From an uncultured Clostridia bacterium (lineage in GTDB: Bacteria; Bacillota; Clostridia; Oscillospirales; CAG-272), in assembly GCA_948466345.1 (NCBI GenBank), contig CAOKAC010000003.1, forward strand, positions 140,812 to 204,811: DNA of 64,000 bases, written 5' to 3'. Of this stretch, positions 1-9,381 are shown piece by piece. Made by a program: the position numbers and the translations under genes. The notes below the pieces were generated by a model. It ran no database searches. It saw nothing but the letters and a program-made list of their open reading frames with translations, and was not told the origin of the DNA. Each line of letters begins with the position of its first letter. Position 1 is the first letter of the stretch.

Positions 1-132
1 TCCAGCTCCGGTTCTTTCTGTCTATCGGCGGCTACGATTGACGGAACGCCGGTTGGGGGTCGTGCACCGCAGATTCTGGAAGTCCTTCGGCGGGATTTAA
101 TGGCCGACTGGCTTCAGGCAACAAACGGATAA
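1..132 (+). CDS. 3' end of an upstream gene (partial, function unknown)
   Basis: Frame +1 is open from the window edge to TAA at 130-132 (...LEVLRRDLMADWLQATNG*). Too short to assign. Confidence 0.3.
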   Translation, partial: SSSGSFCLSAATIDGTPVGGRAPQILEVLRRDLMADWLQATNG

Positions 133-156
133 TACAAAATAGAGAGGAAACCAGAA

Positions 157-1221
157 ATGACGCAGGAAGAACTTACGCTGGAAAACTTGGGGAGTAGCCT
201 GGATGATTTGGCAAATCTGGATCCACGGGGATATGGCGTGTGTAAAATACTTTATCGGGGCGCTCGGGCATTTCAGGGTGAGGCGCTGACGATGAATGCG
301 GCGAAAAAATTGTGCGCTGCGTTGCGGCAGGATGATGTTGTATATTTAATCAGTGGATTTGTGCTGCGTCCTTATAATAAGGCTGAGACAGATGGTATTA
401 TCAGCACGATGCTGTTGGCCCGTTGTCTGATCCAGGGGTTCGGCGTGCGTCCTGTGGTGATTTGCCCGGATGAGTGCATGAATACGGTAGAAGGACTGGC
501 TTCTATATTAGGCTTCCATCTGACCGATTTGCCCGATCTGTTTTCTATTCCATTAACAATGGCAGCCGTATCTTTTCCGAAGGACACAGCAGCCGCTGAG
601 GATTTTTCGAATACAGTTATTGATACTACCGGTATGCCAAGGGCGGTCGTTTCTATAGAAGCGCCTGGGGCCAATGCCCAAGGCGTGTACCATAATGCTA
701 TCGGTAAATCGGTAACTAATTTGGAGGCAAAAACAGACATACTGTGGGAGAAGCTGTGCAATGCAGGCGTGTTGAATATCGCGATTGGAGACTTGGGCAA
801 TGAAATTGGTATGGGCGCTATTGCAGAGCATATTGAAAAATATATTCCTTATGCTGGAACAGGCGCGTGCTCATGTGGATGTAGCGATGGAATCTTAGCA
901 AAGACAAAAACAGACAACTTAATCACAGCTACTGTTTCAGATTGGGGCTGTTATGGCATGATAGCTGCCATTGCATATTTAAAGAACAATCTTGAACTGT
1001 TTCATGACGGTGCGATGCAGGAGCGTGCTATGCGTAAAGCCGCAGAATGCGGCGTGATCGATATGTATGGATGGGCTGTTCCGGCTATTGATGGAATCGG
1101 GATTGAAATGACCTGCGCGATTGTAGAAGCAATGCGAGGTTGTATAGAGTATACGCTGCGGCTGCGTGAAACCTGTAGCACTTGGTTTGAAAAAACCATT
1201 GAAAAGGGATTCTTTGCATAA
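157..1221 (+). CDS. DUF4392-like (glutamate-cyclase-domain) protein
   Basis: 354-aa ORF, first gene of a tightly packed six-gene operon. Motifs LDPRGYG and IGDLGNEIGMG recall the DUF4392 / D-glutamate-cyclase-like family (recalled from memory, not searched). Confidence 0.5.
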   Translation: MTQEELTLENLGSSLDDLANLDPRGYGVCKILYRGARAFQGEALTMNAAKKLCAALRQDDVVYLISGFVLRPYNKAETDGIISTMLLARCLIQGFGVRPVVICPDECMNTVEGLASILGFHLTDLPDLFSIPLTMAAVSFPKDTAAAEDFSNTVIDTTGMPRAVVSIEAPGANAQGVYHNAIGKSVTNLEAKTDILWEKLCNAGVLNIAIGDLGNEIGMGAIAEHIEKYIPYAGTGACSCGCSDGILAKTKTDNLITATVSDWGCYGMIAAIAYLKNNLELFHDGAMQERAMRKAAECGVIDMYGWAVPAIDGIGIEMTCAIVEAMRGCIEYTLRLRETCSTWFEKTIEKGFFA

Positions 1222-1240
1222 GGAAAAGGGAGGCTTTTGT

Positions 1241-1963
1241 ATGGGATATAAACTGCTTACCTGCGGTGAGTGCGCTGTTACAGTGGAGTTTTCCAGGGAG
1301 ATGGATCCGCACGCCGGAAAAGCGGCGGTAGGGCTTGCGGGGGAGCTCAGACGGCGGGAAACGACAGGAATTTATGAGATTATCCCTACATATCGTTCTG
1401 TGACAATATGCTTTGATCCCCTTACCATTTCTTACAAAGCAGTAAAGCGATTGATATCCAACTGTATGCGCTGCAGGCACACAGAAGCGAGGGAAAAAAA
1501 CGTTCGGCGTTTTTTTCTCCCTGTTTGCTATGGCGGATCATATGGGATGGATTTGAATGATATTGCACAGCGAACCGGTTTGGATCCTCGCGAGGTGGTT
1601 CGGCGGCATATCAGCCGCGAGTATCCGATTAATATGATCGGCTTTTTGCCTGGATTTCCCTATTTGACCGGGATGGATTCCACGATTGCAGTCCCAAGAT
1701 TAGAAAATCCAAGAGAAAAAATTCCTGCTGGATCTGTGGGAATCGGCGGGGAACAGACTGGAGTGTATCCGATTGATTCCCCTGGCGGCTGGCGCCTTAT
1801 CGGCAGAACCCCTGTACGTCTATATGATCCTGACCGAACTCCCCCGGTATTGTATAATGCCGGTGATTGGATTCGTTTTTATCCTGTAAGCGAACAGGAA
1901 TACTTTAGAATAGAAGCAGCAGTGGCTGCGGGTACATATACAGTGGAGACGGAGGAAGTGTAA
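1241..1963 (+). CDS. pxpB: 5-oxoprolinase subunit B (PxpB/KipI, allophanate hydrolase subunit 1 family)
   Basis: ATG 1241 follows GGGAGG; the longer 1166 start would overlap the upstream gene. GFLPGFPYL and SPGGWRLIGRTP motifs are typical of KipI/PxpB. The stop overlaps the pxpC start (TAATG). Confidence 0.85.
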   Translation: MGYKLLTCGECAVTVEFSREMDPHAGKAAVGLAGELRRRETTGIYEIIPTYRSVTICFDPLTISYKAVKRLISNCMRCRHTEAREKNVRRFFLPVCYGGSYGMDLNDIAQRTGLDPREVVRRHISREYPINMIGFLPGFPYLTGMDSTIAVPRLENPREKIPAGSVGIGGEQTGVYPIDSPGGWRLIGRTPVRLYDPDRTPPVLYNAGDWIRFYPVSEQEYFRIEAAVAAGTYTVETEEV

Positions 1964-2910
1964 TGTGTATACGGATAGAAGTACCCGGCCCGCTGACTAC
2001 AGTGCAGGATCTGGGCAGAGTCGGACATATGCACAGCGGATTCCAGCAGTCTGGCGCTATGGACTGGTATGCTGCATCCCTTGCAAATATTTTGTGCGGC
2101 AATGATGTAAACAGTGCGGTATTGGAGATGACCCTGGGTGGAATTACCTGCCGCTTCTTGGAACCGGTGGTCTTTGCCTTATGCGGTGCGGATATGTCTG
2201 CTGTATTAGATGGAGCAGCCGTTCCCATGCAGCAGGCAGTGCTGGCGCCTGCCGGAAGTCTTTTGAAAATGGGAATAGCACAGACTGGATGCCGTACATA
2301 TATGGCGGTGTCGGGCGGGCTGGACGTACCCCTTATTATGGGGAGTCGTTCTACGAACCTGCGTTGCAGGCTCGGCGGCTTTGCAGGCCGAAGCCTGCAA
2401 GCGGGCGATGTACTGTCGGTATTGCCTAGCGTGTCTTTGGTAAGCGGCTCTTGTGTCCCTTGTGAAAAGCCTGCCCATGGCGAGGCTTTGATTCGTGCTG
2501 TTCCTGGTCCGCAAAACGACTATTTTACGAAAAATGGTATACAAACATTTTTTACTGAAGCTTATACTGTAACGCCTGCATCGGATCGGATGGGAATGAA
2601 GCTGTCCGGCCCTGCACCGCAGGCGGTGTCTGGCACGGACATTATCTCGGATGGCATTGCTTTGGGCAGCGTGCAGATACCTGCCGGCGGTCAGCCGATT
2701 ATTTTGCTTTCCGACCGCCAGACAGTCGGGGGATATGCTAAGATTGCTACGGTGATAAAAGCCGATCTGCCAAGATTGGCCCAACTCCGGCCAGGAGATA
2801 CGATCCGATTTGTAAAAACTGGCAGAAAAGAGGCGCTGTCCGCTTTGAATAAAATGCGGGAGCGTTTGACAGACATCCAAGCACAGATACAAATGCAAAG
2901 AAAGGTATAG
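1963..2910 (+). CDS. pxpC: 5-oxoprolinase subunit C (PxpC/KipA, allophanate hydrolase subunit 2 family)
   Basis: 315 aa. [10 protein letters not shown] near the N-terminus and SDRMGMKL / [14 protein letters not shown] motifs are typical of KipA/PxpC. Translationally coupled to pxpB. Confidence 0.85.
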   Translation: MCIRIEVPGPLTTVQDLGRVGHMHSGFQQSGAMDWYAASLANILCGNDVNSAVLEMTLGGITCRFLEPVVFALCGADMSAVLDGAAVPMQQAVLAPAGSLLKMGIAQTGCRTYMAVSGGLDVPLIMGSRSTNLRCRLGGFAGRSLQAGDVLSVLPSVSLVSGSCVPCEKPAHGEALIRAVPGPQNDYFTKNGIQTFFTEAYTVTPASDRMGMKLSGPAPQAVSGTDIISDGIALGSVQIPAGGQPIILLSDRQTVGGYAKIATVIKADLPRLAQLRPGDTIRFVKTGRKEALSALNKMRERLTDIQAQIQMQRKV

Positions 2911-2917
2911 CCGAAAT

Positions 2918-3703
2918 ATGAATGATATACACGCCACACCAGCACAGGTACGGGAAAAGATTCGTCAGGGGATTATTACTGGTCAGACCGCAGGTATGTG
3001 TAACGGATATGCACAGGCAAATTTGTGTGTGCTTCCTCGGGAATATGCTTATGACTTTTTGCTGTTTGCCCAGCGGAATCCTGCTCCATGTCCTATTTTG
3101 GAGGTCAGTGATCCTGGAGAACGGCTGCTGTATACGATTGCAAAGAATGCGGACATTGCAACGGATTTTCCCAAATATCGAATTTACATAGACGGTGTAC
3201 TGAAAGAGGAAACGACCGACGCGTCTTCCTTTTGGAGAGAAGACCTTGTTTCCTTTTTAATCGGTTGTTCCTTCTCTTTTGAAGGAGAGCTGTTGGCTGC
3301 CGGAATTCCCGTGCGACATATTGAAGAGGGAAGGAATGTGCCTATGTTTCTTACAAATATTCCTTGCCGGCCGGCGGGTATCTTCCATGGCAATATGGTT
3401 GTGTCGATGCGTCCTATGCCGGCAGACCAGGTTGTGCGCGCAGTAAATGCTACAGCCGCTATGCCGAAGGTACACGGCGCTCCTGTGCATATTGGGGATC
3501 CTGCAGGAATCGGTATTGCTGATATTCACCGACCAGATTTTGGTGACGCAGTAACCGTATATCCTGGCGAGGTACCGGTGTTCTGGCCCTGTGGTGTAAC
3601 ACCGCAAGCCGCTGTGATGGAGGCAAAACCATCCTTTGCGATTACCCATGCGCCGGGACATATGCTGATCACAGATATTCCCAATGCGGCGTTGAAATAT
3701 TGA
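2918..3703 (+). CDS. DUF1445 putative hydro-lyase (YcsI-like, D-glutamate-cyclase-like)
   Basis: 261 aa. N-terminal [26 protein letters not shown] and C-terminal [12 protein letters not shown] are characteristic of UPF0317/DUF1445. A DUF1445 gene (ycsI) likewise lies within the B. subtilis ycsF-kipI-kipA cluster. Confidence 0.75.
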   Translation: MNDIHATPAQVREKIRQGIITGQTAGMCNGYAQANLCVLPREYAYDFLLFAQRNPAPCPILEVSDPGERLLYTIAKNADIATDFPKYRIYIDGVLKEETTDASSFWREDLVSFLIGCSFSFEGELLAAGIPVRHIEEGRNVPMFLTNIPCRPAGIFHGNMVVSMRPMPADQVVRAVNATAAMPKVHGAPVHIGDPAGIGIADIHRPDFGDAVTVYPGEVPVFWPCGVTPQAAVMEAKPSFAITHAPGHMLITDIPNAALKY

Positions 3704-3716
3704 ATCGAGGTGTCTG

Positions 3717-4490
3717 ATGAGAAAAAAAGTAGATTTAAACTGTGACTTGGGCGAGGGCTTTGGCACGTATCACATGCATATGGATGGCGACATTATCCGC
3801 TGTATCACATCCGCTAATATCGCGTGCGGATATCACGCTTCCGATCCGCTTATCATGGATCAAACCGTACAGATGGCCCTCCGCGCCGGTGTAGGTCTTG
3901 GCGCGCATCCTGGATATCCCGATCTGATGGGATTTGGCCGCCGCAATCTGCAAGCGTCTCCTGCCGAGGTACAGGCATATGTAACCTATCAGTTGGGAGC
4001 GCTTCATGCCTTTGCCTTGTCACATGGCGGGCGCTTATCCCATGTAAAGCCTCATGGAGCTATGTACAATATGGCGGCAAAGGAGCCATCCCTTGCTAAA
4101 GCTATTTGCGCCGCAGTATACCAATTTGACAAAAGCCTTATTTTACTTGGCCTTTCTGGTAGTTGTATGCTGGAAGAGGCAGAGAAAATGGGGCTCCCTG
4201 TCGCTAGAGAAGTATTTGCAGATCGAGCATATGAGTCGGACGGCACGCTGGTCGCCCGTACAAAATCTGGCGCCATGATTGAAGATGAAGATTTAGCAGT
4301 GGAGCGGGTGGTACGCATGGTGCAGGATGGATGGGTGCAGGCTATCGACGGAACAGACATAGCGATTTGCGCAGATTCCATATGTGTTCATGGTGACGGC
4401 CCCAAAGCCCTGCTATTTACGCAGAAAATCCGAATGGCCTTGGAAAACGCAGGTATACAAATAGCGCCTCTTGCAGAAGTGGTAGGGTAA
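3717..4490 (+). CDS. pxpA: 5-oxoprolinase subunit A (PxpA, LamB/YcsF family)
   Basis: MRKKVDLNCDLGEGFG N-terminus and KPHGAMYN motif are diagnostic of LamB/YcsF. Sits in the operon with pxpB/pxpC. Confidence 0.9.
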   Translation: MRKKVDLNCDLGEGFGTYHMHMDGDIIRCITSANIACGYHASDPLIMDQTVQMALRAGVGLGAHPGYPDLMGFGRRNLQASPAEVQAYVTYQLGALHAFALSHGGRLSHVKPHGAMYNMAAKEPSLAKAICAAVYQFDKSLILLGLSGSCMLEEAEKMGLPVAREVFADRAYESDGTLVARTKSGAMIEDEDLAVERVVRMVQDGWVQAIDGTDIAICADSICVHGDGPKALLFTQKIRMALENAGIQIAPLAEVVG

Positions 4491-4514
4491 AACATTCAAT
4501 TTTGGAGTGACGCA

Positions 4515-5669
4515 ATGGGATATCAACGAATTTGTGCAAAAATTGACTTGAACGCGGTGGAAAAAAATGTTGCAGGAGTGCGCGCACGTATTCCCGGCAG
4601 CACAAAAATTATGGCGGTGATTAAAGCCGATGCTTATGGCCATGGCGCAGTTTTTCTTTCCGAATTTTTAAAAAATCAAGTAGACTGGTTTGGTGTTGCC
4701 ACGGCAGACGAGGCGTTGGAACTCCGAAATCATGGATGTGAAAAACCGATTCTTATTTTGGGATATGTCCATCCGGAAGAATATCCGATGCTTGTGGGAA
4801 AAAATATAACTACAACGATTTTTCGGTATGCAGATGCAAAATCATTGTCAGATGTGGCGCTGCTGCAAGAAAAGAAAGCGGAAGTGCATATCAAAATCGA
4901 TACGGGTATGGGGCGGATCGGCTATCCGGTCAGTCGGGAGACCGCAGAGGAAATTCAGAAAATTTCCCATCTTCCAGGACTTTGCATTACCGGTATATTT
5001 AGTCATTTCTATGGAGCTGATGCGAAGGATAAAACAGCGGTGCTCGCCCAGCGTGACCGTTTTGACCGTATGATTAATATGCTGGATAAAATAGGCGTGG
5101 ATATCCCTCTGAAGCATTTAAACAATAGCGCCGGTACTATGGAACTGGATAAACACTACGATATGGTGCGTATGGGCATCATGCTGTACGGCATCTATCC
5201 GTCCGATGAAATGGATCTATCCTATCCTTTATATCCTGCAATGGAACTTATTTCCCATATTTCCCATGTGAAAACGATCCAAGCGGGAGAGGGTGTCAGT
5301 TATGGACACATCTATGTAGCCAGTCATACTGAACGGCTAGCGACCATTCCTGTTGGGTACGCAGACGGGTATCCTAGAAGCCTATCCAATAAAGGCTATG
5401 TCTTGATACGCGGCAAACGCTGTCCAATTCGTGGCAGGGTTTGTATGGACCAGATGATGGTGGATGTCTCGGACATAGAGAATGTGCAGGTAGGCGAGTC
5501 GGTGGTTTTGATGGGCTGCGATGGAGAAGAGCAGCTTACTGCAGCACAAGTGGGAGATACTGCCGGGTCCTTCAGTTATGAGTTTGTCAGCGGTATCGGA
5601 ATGCGGGTTCCACGAGTGTATTATTATAATGGTAAAGAAGTAAAATTGATAAATCGACTGCAAAATTAA
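4515..5669 (+). CDS. alr: alanine racemase
   Basis: 384 aa. PLP-lysine motif AVIKADAYGHG plus a C-terminal beta-domain (VSYG, GYADGYPR). Starts 25 nt after pxpA, so probably co-transcribed. Confidence 0.9.
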   Translation: MGYQRICAKIDLNAVEKNVAGVRARIPGSTKIMAVIKADAYGHGAVFLSEFLKNQVDWFGVATADEALELRNHGCEKPILILGYVHPEEYPMLVGKNITTTIFRYADAKSLSDVALLQEKKAEVHIKIDTGMGRIGYPVSRETAEEIQKISHLPGLCITGIFSHFYGADAKDKTAVLAQRDRFDRMINMLDKIGVDIPLKHLNNSAGTMELDKHYDMVRMGIMLYGIYPSDEMDLSYPLYPAMELISHISHVKTIQAGEGVSYGHIYVASHTERLATIPVGYADGYPRSLSNKGYVLIRGKRCPIRGRVCMDQMMVDVSDIENVQVGESVVLMGCDGEEQLTAAQVGDTAGSFSYEFVSGIGMRVPRVYYYNGKEVKLINRLQN

Positions 5670-5741
5670 GATAAATTTGCATTATCATAAAAATTGTACC
5701 AATTCATACAAATATAATTGTACTTTTTCTGTAAATTTTAC

Positions 5742-5770
5742 TTGACATTACCCGTCAAACAGTATATAAT
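5742..5770 (+). promoter_or_regulatory. sigma-A-type promoter of the surface-protein gene
   Basis: TTGACA (5742-5747), 17-nt spacer, TATAAT (5765-5770), about 40 nt upstream of ATG 5809. Confidence 0.7.
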
Positions 5771-5808
5771 GAACCCATAGAATATGATATGGAGGTGCAA
5801 ATACGCAC

Positions 5809-7941
5809 ATGAAAAAGCTGTTTTCTATTGTTTTAATGGCAGCTCTGCTTGTTGCTTGCATCACACCGGCGCTCTATTCCTCCGCAGCGGACGTTGCTCC
5901 GTCCTTTGTGGTTGCAGAGAACACCGATTTTGATGAAAACGCAGGCACGGTCGACGTAACTTTTGGTATTGCAAACAACCCAGGCATTTCCGAATTAAAG
6001 GTGCTGGTGTACTACCTTGAATCTGAATTGTCTATTGCTAAGTTTTCGAATGGAACTGTTTTTGATGCTGCTGATAACGTGCAGGGAGCAACGCTAAAGT
6101 CTGATAACAGAAATATGAAACCATATTTCTCGGCAGAGGAGTTTGGTGATGTTGTCTATAATGTAACCGAGTTTGATGTATATGCTCCGACTATGGACGC
6201 AGACGAAACTGAAAATGGAACATTTCTTAACTTAACTTTCAATTTTGCTGGCGCACATCCTGCAGGTGCAGAATTTACATATGGTATTAAAGTAATGTCT
6301 GCAACTAATGCTGAAGGTGACCCTATTGACTTTGCTGGTAAGCAGGAAGGCAAAGTTACTGCTACTCCTGATCCCTACAAAGATGTTTACGACAACTTTA
6401 CTGTGTTCACTACAGACGGAACTGTGGATGTGGATGCAAAGGAAGTAACTGTAGACCTTCGTCTTGTAAATAACCCTGGTATCAATGCGCTTCGTATTTT
6501 CATTGCTTACGATGAAGCATTGCAGCTGACCACTCTCCAGCCTGTTGACGGTATCTTTACCGGAAGCGAGTTCGAGGTAAGTGAAGATAAGCATGCAGAT
6601 CCTTCTGCAAGCGCATCCGCAAAGAATGCTTTCGCGCATAAGAATATTTCCCTTGATGGAAAAGCTTGCGCTATTATTCTGGCAACAGCAGACAAAGAAG
6701 AAAACAGAACTGCCGGCGGCGTTTTGGCTCGTCTTACCTTTGCATTGCCCGAAGATATGAAGCAGGGCGATAGTTTCCCCATTGACTTCTGCTGGACTGG
6801 TACAGATATAGTACAGCTTGATATGGACAACATGGATGAGTATGGCAAGCCTGTACTGAAATTCTTGGAACCTGACAATCCTACCTGCGCTGTTGGAACC
6901 AAGGTTTGTGAGCATCCGAATGTAGTTCTCACAGAAACAACAGCTCCTTCTTGTACAGCAACAGGCGTAAAGAGCGGTGAGTGTCCGGATTGCGGTCAAA
7001 CTGTTGAAGAAGTTATTCCTATGCTTCCGCATACACCTTCTGCTGATACCAAAGTAACACCTCCTACTTGTACTGAAGCGGGTAAGATTACAACTGTATG
7101 TGAAGTTTGTGGCAACGATATTGAAACAGTAGATGATCCTGATAACGCTGCACTGGGTCATGATGAAGTAAATGTAAGAGAAAATATTACTAAACCCGCA
7201 ACTTGTGCAGAAGCAGGTCTTAAAGATATTATTTGCGGTAGATGTGATGTAGTTCTGCAAAAAGATGTAGAAATTACTAAATTGCCTCATACAGAAGCAA
7301 CTAGAGTTGTAGATCCTACTTGTACAGAAGGTGGTAAGATTGTTACCTACTGCTCTGTTTGTAACGAAATCATTAATGAAGAGGTAGATCCTGATCATGC
7401 GGACGCTTTGGGTCATACTGCAGGCGCACCTGTAGTGACCAAGCCTGCAACCTGCAAAGAAGAAGGTTCTCAGGATATCTACTGCACAGTATGCGAAGAA
7501 AAAATTGCAACAGAAACTATTGAGATGCTGGAGCATGATGTAGTTACAGTAGTAGTGGATCCTACTTGTGTTGATGCAGGTAAAATTGTTACGAAATGTT
7601 CTCTTTGTGGTGATATATTCAGTGAAGAAGAGGATGTAGATCATCCCGCAACCGGTGTGCACACTCCTGGTGAACCTGAGATTGTTGAGCCGACAGCTAC
7701 AGAAGAAGGCACTAAGACAATTAAGTGCTCCGTTTGTGGCGAAGTGCTCTCCACTGAAAAGATCCCCGCAAAAGGCGTTGATTCTAGTGATGCAGGCACA
7801 ACAAAAGCTCCTGACAAGAATACAGGCAAAAATCCTGTGACTGGCGATAACATGGTATATGTAATCGTTATTGCTGCTGTTGCAGTTATTGGTTGCAGTG
7901 CTGTAGTTGTTATTAGAAAGAAGAAAGCTTCTGAAAGATAA
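5809..7941 (+). CDS. secreted cell-surface protein: two cohesin-like domains, seven His/Cys3 mini-repeats, NPxTG-type sorting signal
   Basis: Signal peptide MKKLFSIVLMAALLVACITPALYSSAA. Two cohesin-like beta-sandwich regions (aa ~30-185 and ~195-355, e.g. VTVDLRLVNNPGINALRIFIAYD). A Cys-rich repeat block. C-terminus is KNPVTGD, then a hydrophobic helix, then RKKKASER. Confidence 0.8.
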   Translation: MKKLFSIVLMAALLVACITPALYSSAADVAPSFVVAENTDFDENAGTVDVTFGIANNPGISELKVLVYYLESELSIAKFSNGTVFDAADNVQGATLKSDNRNMKPYFSAEEFGDVVYNVTEFDVYAPTMDADETENGTFLNLTFNFAGAHPAGAEFTYGIKVMSATNAEGDPIDFAGKQEGKVTATPDPYKDVYDNFTVFTTDGTVDVDAKEVTVDLRLVNNPGINALRIFIAYDEALQLTTLQPVDGIFTGSEFEVSEDKHADPSASASAKNAFAHKNISLDGKACAIILATADKEENRTAGGVLARLTFALPEDMKQGDSFPIDFCWTGTDIVQLDMDNMDEYGKPVLKFLEPDNPTCAVGTKVCEHPNVVLTETTAPSCTATGVKSGECPDCGQTVEEVIPMLPHTPSADTKVTPPTCTEAGKITTVCEVCGNDIETVDDPDNAALGHDEVNVRENITKPATCAEAGLKDIICGRCDVVLQKDVEITKLPHTEATRVVDPTCTEGGKIVTYCSVCNEIINEEVDPDHADALGHTAGAPVVTKPATCKEEGSQDIYCTVCEEKIATETIEMLEHDVVTVVVDPTCVDAGKIVTKCSLCGDIFSEEEDVDHPATGVHTPGEPEIVEPTATEEGTKTIKCSVCGEVLSTEKIPAKGVDSSDAGTTKAPDKNTGKNPVTGDNMVYVIVIAAVAVIGCSAVVVIRKKKASER
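6907..7773 (+). repeat. seven tandem ~40-45-aa coding repeats, H-x(9-13)-C-x(3-4)-G-x(5-6)-C-x2-C
   Basis: Repeats read directly, e.g. HTPSADTKVTPPTCTEAGKITTVCEVCG, HTEATRVVDPTCTEGGKIVTYCSVCN, HDVVTVVVDPTCVDAGKIVTKCSLCG. The last unit has lost its first Cys (EPTATEEGTKTIKCSVCG). Similarity is also visible at DNA level. Confidence 0.8.
7831..7938 (+). other. C-terminal cell-wall sorting-signal-like region (NPVTGD + TM + basic tail)
   Basis: NPVTGD is followed by NMVYVIVIAAVAVIGCSAVVVI and RKKKASER. This tripartite layout is typical of sortase substrates, with an NPxTG variant motif. Confidence 0.55.
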
Positions 7942-7970
7942 GCTGTTTTAGCACATATTGTGTAAATATA

Positions 7971-8003
7971 AAAAGCCTTGGGAAATATTCCAGGGCTTTT
8001 TAT
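7971..8003 (+). terminator. intrinsic terminator
   Basis: GCCTTGG / CCAGGGC stem (one G-U pair) with an 8-nt loop, then TTTTT. Confidence 0.65.
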
Positions 8004-8095
8004 TTAGGAAAAAATTATACTATTATATGCAAGGCTTCTTGTAAAATTTCAGTTCACGTGGTACAATACATAGTATAAAGTAAAAGGAGGATAAC

Positions 8096-8761
8096 ATGAA
8101 CAAGAGAATAAGTGTAGTACTCCTTCTTTTATTATCGAGCTTTCTATTTTCTAGCTGCGGTGTTAGGGACTTTCTCTCTACACTTGGTTTTGATACGCAC
8201 GATTACGAGGGCGAAGAACTATTAGAGACATACGATGGGGATACCGAAAAAGCAGATGAATTAACAGAAATGTTAGAAATTTTGACGATTCATTCCCCTC
8301 TACTCATGCCATTTGAGGGAGCTAAAGAGGCTATGATCTCCTGTCGTGATTCTGTTCTGAATTATATGCTAAATAAAAGCTATTCAAAATATACTGGAAA
8401 CATTACGCTTTTAGATCAGGTGAAAGAAGCATACCCACATATGCAGGTTTCAGCAATTATTCCTGCTGAGGATTTTGAAAATACAGTCTATACTTATTTC
8501 GGAGGCAGACAAAAAATCAAAAATGTAACCAGCACGCTTTTTATGTATTTGGAAAAAGTCAATGCATATATTACTGTTGCCCAGCCGCAGGAGAGTAATG
8601 TACAATTTGAAATTCAAAAAATAGAAGAAACAGAAAATACCTACCGTGTCTATTTTCGGTGTATATTGTATGAAGAAGTATCTCCTTTGTACAAAACACT
8701 GATTATCAAACGTGACGATGGCAATTCTTATTTCCGTTATCTGCGAGAGTATGATGCGTAA
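8096..8761 (+). CDS. putative lipoprotein, unknown function
   Basis: AAAGGAGG RBS. Signal peptide with lipobox (LLLLLSSFLFSSCG). No recognisable catalytic motif. Confidence 0.6.
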   Translation: MNKRISVVLLLLLSSFLFSSCGVRDFLSTLGFDTHDYEGEELLETYDGDTEKADELTEMLEILTIHSPLLMPFEGAKEAMISCRDSVLNYMLNKSYSKYTGNITLLDQVKEAYPHMQVSAIIPAEDFENTVYTYFGGRQKIKNVTSTLFMYLEKVNAYITVAQPQESNVQFEIQKIEETENTYRVYFRCILYEEVSPLYKTLIIKRDDGNSYFRYLREYDA

Positions 8762-8790
8762 AAAAACCACCAGCTATGCTGGTGGTTTTA
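8761..8790. terminator. bidirectional intrinsic terminator
   Basis: AACCACCAGC-tat-GCTGGTGGTT perfect hairpin flanked by an A-run and a T-run, between convergent genes. Confidence 0.75.
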
Positions 8791-8793
8791 GTT

Positions 8794-9324
8794 TTATCTA
8801 AAAATATGATGCGCACGTTTTTCCACGGCAAACAACAGAATGAATCCAAGGCCAACGCCAGCAATTAATTCTCCAATTCCAATTGTTAGTGTTAAAAACC
8901 AGATTGCCGAAGTATCGCCATATACGAAACGAAGCACCCACGGCACGATAAGTATGTTAGCCAGTAAATTAGGGAAGGGGAGAGACAATTTAAGAAAAAA
9001 GGCTTTCTTGCTCTTTCCAGTACTTTTTTTGATACATTTGCCGATCCAGTAGGCACCCAATGCACCCAAAAGCGTTGCCACAGATCCGAAAAGGATGTCC
9101 CAAGGCGCACACCCAGTTACCAAATTGGCTATAGCGCATCCAACGAATAGCCCTGGTATCGCTGCTGGTGTAAAGAGAGGAAGTACACATAAAGCTTCTG
9201 AAATCCGTACTTGGATCACACCAGATGCAAGCCCTGCCATAGCCGATACTAAGGTGAGAGCCACATAGACAGCCGCGATAAGACCTGCTTGCACAATAAA
9301 GAATAGCGTCTTTTTGTTTTTCAT
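8794..9324 (-). CDS. queT: queuosine-precursor transporter QueT (ECF S-component-like)
   Basis: Start at MKNKKTLFF (ATG 9324). About 5 TM helices. IQVRISEAL motif is typical of QueT. Preceded by a preQ1 riboswitch. Confidence 0.75.
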   Translation of the reverse strand: MKNKKTLFFIVQAGLIAAVYVALTLVSAMAGLASGVIQVRISEALCVLPLFTPAAIPGLFVGCAIANLVTGCAPWDILFGSVATLLGALGAYWIGKCIKKSTGKSKKAFFLKLSLPFPNLLANILIVPWVLRFVYGDTSAIWFLTLTIGIGELIAGVGLGFILLFAVEKRAHHIFR

Positions 9325-9334
9325 ATTTAGTTTT

Positions 9335-9376
9335 CTCCGTAGTTTTGTTTTTTGTGAGGATTTTGCGAACTCACAG
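9335..9376 (-). promoter_or_regulatory. preQ1-I riboswitch
   Basis: Minus-strand RNA: CUGUGAG-UUCGCAAAAUC-CUCAC-AAAAAACAAAACUA-CGGAG. P1 is GUGAG/CUCAC, the loop starts UUCGC, and an A-rich tail ends in CUA directly before the SD (GGAG), 10 nt from the ATG. Confidence 0.7.
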
Positions 9377-9381
9377 GATAT

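Noticed and set aside
2206-2937. 243-aa minus-strand ORF
   Set aside because: It is antisense to pxpC and has an Arg/Cys-rich composition without motifs.
6232-7662. 476-aa ORF on the minus strand
   Set aside because: It is fully antisense to the well-supported surface-protein CDS. Its composition (Cys/Phe/Ile/Arg-rich, no motifs) is what the reverse frame of the Thr/Glu/Cys repeat region would give, and there is no RBS.
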